From assembly GCA_964016885.1 (NCBI GenBank), contig OZ024740.1, positions 57,350,001 through 57,414,000 of the forward strand: a stretch of DNA of 64,000 nt, given 5' to 3'. Origin of the DNA: Eledone cirrhosa (Eukaryota). Position numbers and translations under genes: made by a program. The notes under the pieces are model-generated. The model worked only from the letters and a program-made list of their open reading frames with translations. It made no database searches and had not been told where the DNA came from. Shown in pieces: positions 61,239-64,000 of this stretch. Position 1 is the first letter of the stretch. Each line of letters opens with the position of its first letter.

Positions 61239-62596
61239 ATTAAGTTAAAAATGTACATCCACATATGTATACTGAAATACTAGTATGCATATGAATACAC
61301 ACACGTGTACATATGTAGATGTACCGAGTTTTTCACTGGACACTTTACTGTGAGTGTCCAGCTATTCTGTATGTAAACACACAGACAAACCGGTTTTTAG
61401 AGTCATACTAGTTTTCGAGGAAACACCTTTCCTCTATTCTCCAGAAAGCCAGACAGGAATATTGGACTAGTTTCGATGTTGTTACATCTCATCAGCAATA
61501 TTTACCTATCTTCCGGCCTTTCTAGAGAATCGTAAAAGCACATATCGTTATATGCTTTTTCTATGAAAATTAGTAGTGGGCAGACTAATTTGCATAGAGC
61601 GTGAGTACGTACCGGTTCAGCGGAGACGATAAAAACAAATAACGAAACGAAATTAAATTTCGTTTTTATCGTCTCCGCTGAACCGGTACGTACTCACGCT
61701 CTATGCAAATTAGTCTGCCCACTACTAATTTTCATAGAAAAAGCATATAACGATATGTGCTTTTACGATTCTCTAGAAAGGCCGGAAGATAGGTAAATAT
61801 TGCTGATGAGATGTAACAACATCGAAACTAGTCCAATATTCCTGTCTGGCTTTCTGGAGAATAGAGGAAAGGTGTTTCCTCGAAAACCAGTATGACTCTA
61901 TAAACCGGTTTGTCTGTGTGTTTACATACAGAATAGCTGGACACTCACAGTAAAGTGTCCAGTGAAAAACTCGGTACATCTACATATGTACACGTGTGTG
62001 TATTCATATGCATACTAGTATTTCAGTATACATATGGGGATGTACATTTTTAACTTAATTGTTTAAGCGTCAGTCATACAAAAGTGAGTTACAAACGAAA
62101 CGAAATTTAATTTCGTTTCGTTATTTGTTTTCATCGTCTCCGCTGAACCGGTACGTACTCACGCCCTATGCAAATTAGTCTGCCCACTACTAATTTTCAT
62201 AGAAAAAGCATATAACGATATGTGCTTTTACGATTCTCTAGAAAGGCCGGAAGATAGGTAAATATTGCTGATGAGATGTAACAACATCGAAACTAGTCCA
62301 ATATTCCTGTCTGGCTTTCTGGAGAATAGAGGAAAGGTGTTTCCTCGAAAACCAGTATGACTCTAAAAACCGGTTTGTCTGTGTTTACATACAGAATAGC
62401 TGGACACTCACAGTAAAGTGTCCAGTGAAAAACTCGGTACATCTACATATGTACACGTGTGTGTATTCATATGCATACTAGTATTTCAGTATACATATGT
62501 GGATGTACATTTTTAACTTAATTGCTTAAGCGTCAGTCATACAAAAGTGAGTTACAAACGAAACGAAATTTAATTTCGTTTCGTTATTTGTTTTTA
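61238..62596 (+). mobile_element. 465 bp hammerhead repeat: inverted copy plus two tandem copies; retrozyme-like
   Basis: HHRs at 61458-61502 (-), 61796-61840 and 62261-62305 (+): aatattg-CTGATGA-gatgt aaca acatc-GAAA-ctag-TC-caatatt. Confidence 0.9.
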
Positions 62597-62680
62597 TATA
62601 TATATATATTTATATATATATAAATTTATATATATATATATTTATATATATATATATTGATATATATATATATATTTATA

Positions 62681-62755
<75 letters not shown>

Positions 62756-63290
62756 ATATATATATATATATTTATATATATATATATATTGATATATATA
62801 TATATACATATCATGTTAGATGTCTGTATATTTTTTCTGTAACAACATATTTTTTCTGTAACATCATAATTGTTCCCTGTACCAATATAGTTTTTTTGAG
62901 TATTATTGTATTATATTATATGATTGATATTTCCTCATTTATTATGTAACCCAGTATGAATCATGTTGTACATATTGTTTATGGTAATTGTTAATATAAT
63001 GTTAACATTTTATCATTGTATTTCACTGTGACATCTATATTGTTTCTGTAAATTAACCGGGGATTATATATTCTACTTTATTATATTGTATTGTATTATA
63101 TAATTTTGTTGTTTATTATTTATTATAAGTGTTTCTTGTAATTATATCATATTATTGCCTCATGTATATTGGGTAGATGTATTAGCATTATTTTCACTAT
63201 TACCATGCTTATTTTTGATATTTTTGATGTTCAAACTTCCAATAGGGCTTAATTTCTGTGTAATAGAAAATAGATATGTGCATTGTAATA

Positions 63291-63322
<32 letters not shown>

Positions 63323-63653
63323 CACATATATACATGTATATATTGTACCTTTTGATTTTTAATTTGGAATTTTAATGTTGGTATAGATATATTATTATTA
63401 TAATGTATTATACTGTGTTATATATAATTCCTGCTCTATATAACCAAATTTGTTTAGATTTAAGTTGGTGACTTTGGACTATATTTGTAATATGGTTCTT
63501 AATGTTATCTACATCCTTAGTTATTATAATTTTATTATTTTTATCTTCATTTTTATTATCGTATATCTTTGTAAGACATTAGTGTATGTAAACTCCATAT
63601 TCTTCAGAGTTTCTGGCTTGTATCTGCCGAAATTACCTCTTGTTGTTTTGATT

Positions 63654-63691
63654 GCCCTGATGAGTCCTTAATAGGACGAAACATTGTCGGC
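63654..63691 (+). ncRNA. Minimal type I hammerhead at the end of an AT-rich PLE-like 3' region (about 62810-63740)
   Basis: gcc-CTGATGA-gtcct taat aggac-GAAA-cattg-TC-ggc, followed by aataaa. Confidence 0.85.
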
Positions 63692-63736
63692 TAATAAAAA
63701 CTTTTGGTGTATTAAAGGATTCTTTGTTTTACTCTC

Positions 63737-63838
<102 letters not shown>

Positions 63839-63845
63839 TATACAA

Positions 63846-63876
<31 letters not shown>

Positions 63877-64000
63877 TATATACTAGTTGCGACGGTATTT
63901 GAGGACACATGCATTTTTAGTCATTATCTTATTTGACTAATTTTCATTGAAATTCTATTTGAGAAAATAACAATGAAGATAACTATGCTTACTAATGAAA

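Overview
AT-rich animal genomic DNA, most likely a cephalopod such as octopus (inferred only from repeat content and (TA)n/(CA)n density). It is almost entirely repetitive, and no host gene can be called confidently. The long 'YIYIYI' ORFs are microsatellite artefacts. The real coding remnants are retroelements: five Penelope-like element (PLE) remnants with RT and/or GIY-YIG sequence (three Naiad-type), a near full-length L1/Tx1-type LINE, and RTE fragments. There are also many tRNA-derived SINEs, hAT and Tc1/mariner MITEs and Helitron-like elements. The main unannotated signal is a dense set of type I hammerhead ribozymes (HHRs), about 25 copies in about 12 distinct sequence contexts, folded by eye. 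They occur in PLE terminal repeats and in at least five non-coding repeat families of about 315, 465, 580, 610 and 690 bp that sit in (TA)n tracts. These look like non-autonomous PLE-mobilised 'retrozymes'. Several show compensatory core (U3:A8) or stem changes, palindromic stem III, enlarged stem II, and the same inverted 5' copy seen in the coding PLEs.
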